Below are positions 60,101-64,000 of a stretch of 64,000 nt of DNA, in pieces. Positions within the stretch are counted from its first letter, which is position 1; every line of letters begins with the position of its first letter. The translations under genes and the position numbers were made by a program. Origin of the DNA: Eledone cirrhosa (lineage: Eukaryota); contig OZ024747.1 of NCBI GenBank assembly GCA_964016885.1, positions 24,428,001 to 24,492,000 of the forward strand, given 5' to 3'. The notes under the pieces are model-generated. The model did not search any database. It was not told the origin of the DNA and saw nothing but the letters and a program-made list of their open reading frames with translations.

Positions 60101-61790
60101 GAATTAGTGGAATTGGTAGAACTGGTGGAATTAGTAGAACTGGTGGAATTAGGGGAATTGGTAGAACTGGTAGAATTAGGGGAATTAGTAGAACTGGTAG
60201 AATTAGGGGAATTGGTAGAACTGGTGGAATTAGAGGAATTAGTAGAACTGGTAGAATTAGGGGAATTGGTAGAACTGGTGGAATTAGGGGAATTAGTAGA
60301 ATTGGTGGAATTAGGGGAATTAGTAGAACTGGTAGAATTAGGGGAATTAGTAGAACTGGTAGAATTAGGGGAATTGGTAGAACTGGTGGAATTAGGGGAA
60401 TTAGTATAACTGGTAGAATTAGGGGAATTAGTAGAACTGGTAGAATTAGGGGAATTGGTAGAACTGGTGGAATTAGGGGAATTAGTAGAACTGGTAGAAT
60501 TAGGGGAATTGGTAGAACTGGTGGAATTAGAGGAATTAGTAGAACTGGTAGAATTAGGGGAATTAGTAGAACTGGTAGAATTAGGGGAATTGGTAGAACT
60601 GGTGGAATTAGGGGAATTAGTAGAACTGGTAGAATTAGGGGAATTAGTAGAACTGGTAGAATTAGGGGAATTAGTAGAACTGGTAGAATTAGGGGAATTG
60701 GTAGAACTGGTGGAATTAGGGGAATTAGTAGAACTGGTAGAATTAGGGGAATTAGTAGAACTGGTAGAATTAGGGGAATTGGTAGAACTGGTGGAATTAG
60801 GGGAATTAGTAGAACCTGTGGAATTAGGGGAATTAGTAGAACTGGTGGAATTAGGGGAATTGGTAGAACTGGTAGAATTAGGGGAATTAGTAGAACTGGT
60901 GGAATTAGTGGAATTAGGGGAATTAGTAGAACTGGTGGAATTAGTGGAATTAGTAGAACTGGTGGAATTAGTGGAATTGGTAGAACTGATGGAATTGGTA
61001 GAACTGGTGGAATTATTTGAATTGGTAGAACTGGTGGAATTAGTGGAATTGGTAGAACTGGTCGAATTAGTGGAATTGGTAGAACTGGTGGAATTAGTGG
61101 AATTAGTAGAACTGGTGGAATTAGTGGAATTGGTAGAACTGGTGGAATTAGTGGAATTGGTAGAACTGGTGGAATTAGTGGAATTAGTAGAACTGGTGGA
61201 ATTAGTGGAATTGGTAGAACTGGTGGAATTGGTGGAATTGGTAGAACTGGTGGAATTGGTGGAATTAGTAGAACTGGTCGAATTATTGGAACTGGTAGAA
61301 TTAGGGGAATTAGTAAAACCGGTGGAATTAGGGGAATTGGTAGAACTGGTGGAATTAGGGGAATTAGTAGAACTGGTGGAATTAGTGGAATTAGTAGAAC
61401 TGGTGGAATTGGTGGAATTGGTAGAACTGGTGGAATTGGTGGAATTAGGGGAATTAGTAGAACTGGTCGAATTATTGGAACTGGTAGAATTAGGGGAATT
61501 AGTAAAACCGGTGGAATTAGGGGAATTGGTAGAACTGGTGGAATTAGGGGAATTGGTAGAACTGGTCGAATTATTGGAACTGGTAGAATTCGTGGAATTG
61601 TTGGAACTGGTAGAATTCGTGGAATTGTTAGAACTGGTAGAATTAGCAGAACTGGTAGAATTATTGGAATTGGTAGAACTGGTAGAATTAGAGGAATCGG
61701 TAAACTAGTAGAATTAGGGGAATTGGTAGAACTGGTAGAATTAGTAGAACTGGTGGAATTGGTAGAATTAGGGGAATTGGTAGATTAATA
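57174..61790 (+). repeat. ~4.6-kb satellite, 9-bp unit (RGAAYTRGK) with 27-bp higher-order period
   Basis: AGAACTGGT GGAATTAGG/T GGAATTGGT repeated about 500 9-mers. Confidence 0.97.
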
Positions 61791-61849
61791 GACCTTTAAA
61801 CATGTTTTTAGAACTATTTCAATTATATCTCACTATAAATATTCCTGTA

Positions 61850-62290
61850 CTTATTTCCTACCCCATCTACCCCAATTCTCACCTACACATTCCTTTCCTA
61901 CTGCTATCCATACACATCTACCTCTATTCCTACCCTGATATACCCAATCCTATTCACATATACCCACCCTACCCACATATACCTACCTGAACTCATATAT
62001 ACCCACCATACACATATATACCCACACTACTCATACATACCCACCCATATTCACATATACACACCCTTACTCACATATACGTCCTTACTCATTTATACCC
62101 CTATCTCACATATATCTACCCTTTCTCATTTATACCCACCCCTCTCACATATATGCAATCATACTTACATACAACCACCCCTCTCACATATGTTACCCCT
62201 ACTCACATATACCCACCATTTACTGAAATATATCCACCCTACTCACATATACATACCCCCACCCACATATACCCAACCCTACTCCTAAAT
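61850..62290 (+). repeat. Degenerate ~21-25-bp minisatellite
   Basis: Recurrent CTCACATATACCCACCC. Confidence 0.75.
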
Positions 62291-62414
62291 ACTTCAGTAT
62301 TGATAAAGAGTAGTACCAGTCTTACACTAAACACTAATACTATTAACCATTCCACCACCCTATAAACTGTTATTTCTGTGACACAATTTACAAAAATCAC
62401 AAGTTCAGACAATA

Positions 62415-62665
62415 AAGTTATTGCAGTATAGTGCACAGTTTACGAAAGCACAATGTCACAAGGTTGCTCAAAGATGAATGCATTTATTACATTATATTGT
62501 ACAGCTTACCATAGCACAAGGTCACAAGGTCGCACAAGAATGAATGCAGCTATTACATTATAGTGCACAGTTTAACAAAGCACAAGGTCGCGCAAGAATG
62601 AATGCAGTTATTCCATTATAATGCAATGTTTACCAAACAACAAGGTCATACAAGAATCAAGTTAT
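62415..62665 (+). repeat. ~60-68-bp tandem repeat, about 4 copies
   Basis: ATGAATGCAGTTATTACATTATAGTGCACAGTTTACCAAAGCACAAGGTCGCACAAGA units. Confidence 0.8.
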
Positions 62666-62699
62666 TGATTTTACTTTATTCTACCCAGAAAAATTAAAA

Positions 62700-63140
62700 T
62701 ATCATTCTTCAGAACATCTGTTGAGTTAGTGTTGTTGTGTGGATTAGGGACATGAACCCTGACACAAGCACTTGAAAAGAAACTAGATGATACATACACT
62801 AAAATGCTTAGGTTTTACAAAACATTAACTGGTGTCAATGTATTACAAATGAAAGTTTATACAGAAACTTGCCCAAGATAACAGCTACAATGACTCAAAG
62901 ATGGTTAGGATTAGCAGGACATTGGTTGAGAAATAAGCAGGAAGTTATACACAAGCTAGCAGTACTGTAACCAATTCATAGGAGACATAGTAGAGGAAGA
63001 CCTGCTCAAACATTCATTGATCAACTCCCAGATGAGACAAACCTCAATAGGCAGCAGATGCTAGGAGAAATGAAAAAATTGTGAATTGTAGAGAGACTTT
63101 GTCAGGAATGTTTGACTACGGTCACATTGATGATCATGAT
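62700..63140 (+). mobile_element. Old RTE-type LINE 3' fragment (similar to 1-236)
   Basis: LEKKLDDTYTKMLR, ITNESLY..LPKITA, LGLAGH, RGRPAQTFIDQL remnants. Confidence 0.7.
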
Positions 63141-63276
63141 GAACTTTTTTAATGCCAAACCAACTGAAGCCGTCCCTGGTTCTACTATACAAAACTGCTT
63201 ATATTAAAGTATTTATATTAATCTAAAAACCTTCATCAGAATTTTCTGTCAATTTTGTAAAGTTATGTTCCAAATA

Positions 63277-63598
63277 TAGGCGGCGATTGGCAGAGTCATT
63301 GTTTATGTTTTTGTTCTGGCTCTTTACTCTCTGAGTTCAAATCCCACCACCGAGGTCAACTTTGTCTTTCATCCTTTCGAGGTCGATAAAAAAAAGTACC
63401 AATCTTGTATTAGAGTCAATTCTTCCTCTATATCTCTTTTTCATTTTTTCTCTCTCATTTCTATCTTTCTCTGGAAGAAATCTGCAGTACTCAGGCCTGG
63501 AGAGGGATGGACTCCACCAGGCTTAGAATACCCAAGAAATGTCATATGTAAATACGGTACCCCTACAACTCTATCAGGAGTTACAGGACCATACATAC
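63277..63598 (+). mobile_element. Type 2 SINE-containing insertion with 12-bp TSD
   Basis: GGCGGCGATTGGCAGAGTC...GAGTTCAAATCC...CTTTCATCCTTTCGAGGTCGATAAAA; ATGTTCCAAATA at 63265-63276 and 63599-63610. Confidence 0.7.
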
Positions 63599-64000
63599 AT
63601 GTTCCAAATACCAACTAAATAATGGGAAAGTTAATTATATTACTAAATCTCTCCAAATTCTTGATTATATTCAAAATTAATTGAAAATCATAGACAAATA
63701 TGGTAATAAAATATTTAGATTTGTTTGCAATATTTGACAGAGGCTAATTCTTGGAAAACATATTTGTATAACCCATAGAAAAGAAATGCTACAAGTTGAT
63801 CTTTTTGTATATCAAACCTCCTAACCAAACTTATATCTATGGCACAAAACAATTTATTTTAATCTTTTCATTACCCTATTTATAATGAATGACACAGCCT
63901 AAGATTTTCAAATAATTTTGAAAATAATAAAAAATGTTTGTAGTTTTCTCATTATTAAATTATCATTTTTATTTTTTTTTAAACTTGAAAATTCATTTGC

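Noticed and set aside
57395-61708. 733-, 476- and 417-aa ELV/GIS-repeat ORFs as genes
   Set aside because: Product of a 9-bp satellite; frameshifts switch frames arbitrarily; no unique domain
57174-61790. CRISPR array or true telomere
   Set aside because: No unique spacers; TTAGGG is not tandem; eukaryotic context

Overview
AT-rich, repeat-saturated animal DNA; the repeat families suggest an octopus or other cephalopod (inference). The window contains RTE-clade LINEs (three or more families, with a C4HC3 PHD-type finger inserted in the RT), tRNA-derived SINEs, a CR1 3' end, Tc1/mariner elements (two DD37D/maT-type) and MITEs. It also has two large Penelope-like elements (PLEs; RT plus GIY-YIG, Naiad-like motifs), huge (TA)n arrays and a 4.6-kb satellite with a 9-bp unit. 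Most ORFs in the supplied track are microsatellite or antisense artefacts. The main hidden signal is non-coding: about 30 type I hammerhead-ribozyme motifs (stem I - CUGANGA - stem II - GAAA - usually palindromic stem III - UH - stem I') on both strands, from at least 10 distinct sequence families. Some sit in the pLTRs of the coding PLEs. Most sit in short non-coding units inserted in (TA)n, often as fold-back inverted duplications or partial tandems (retrozyme-like). They include a family with the compensatory U3-A8 core (UUGAAAA), a family with an extra base after A9, and variants with a roughly 80-100-nt stem II. The only host-gene evidence is two phase-compatible candidate exons at 54.6-54.9 kb. 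All folding and alignment was done by eye, and coordinates may be off by a few bases.
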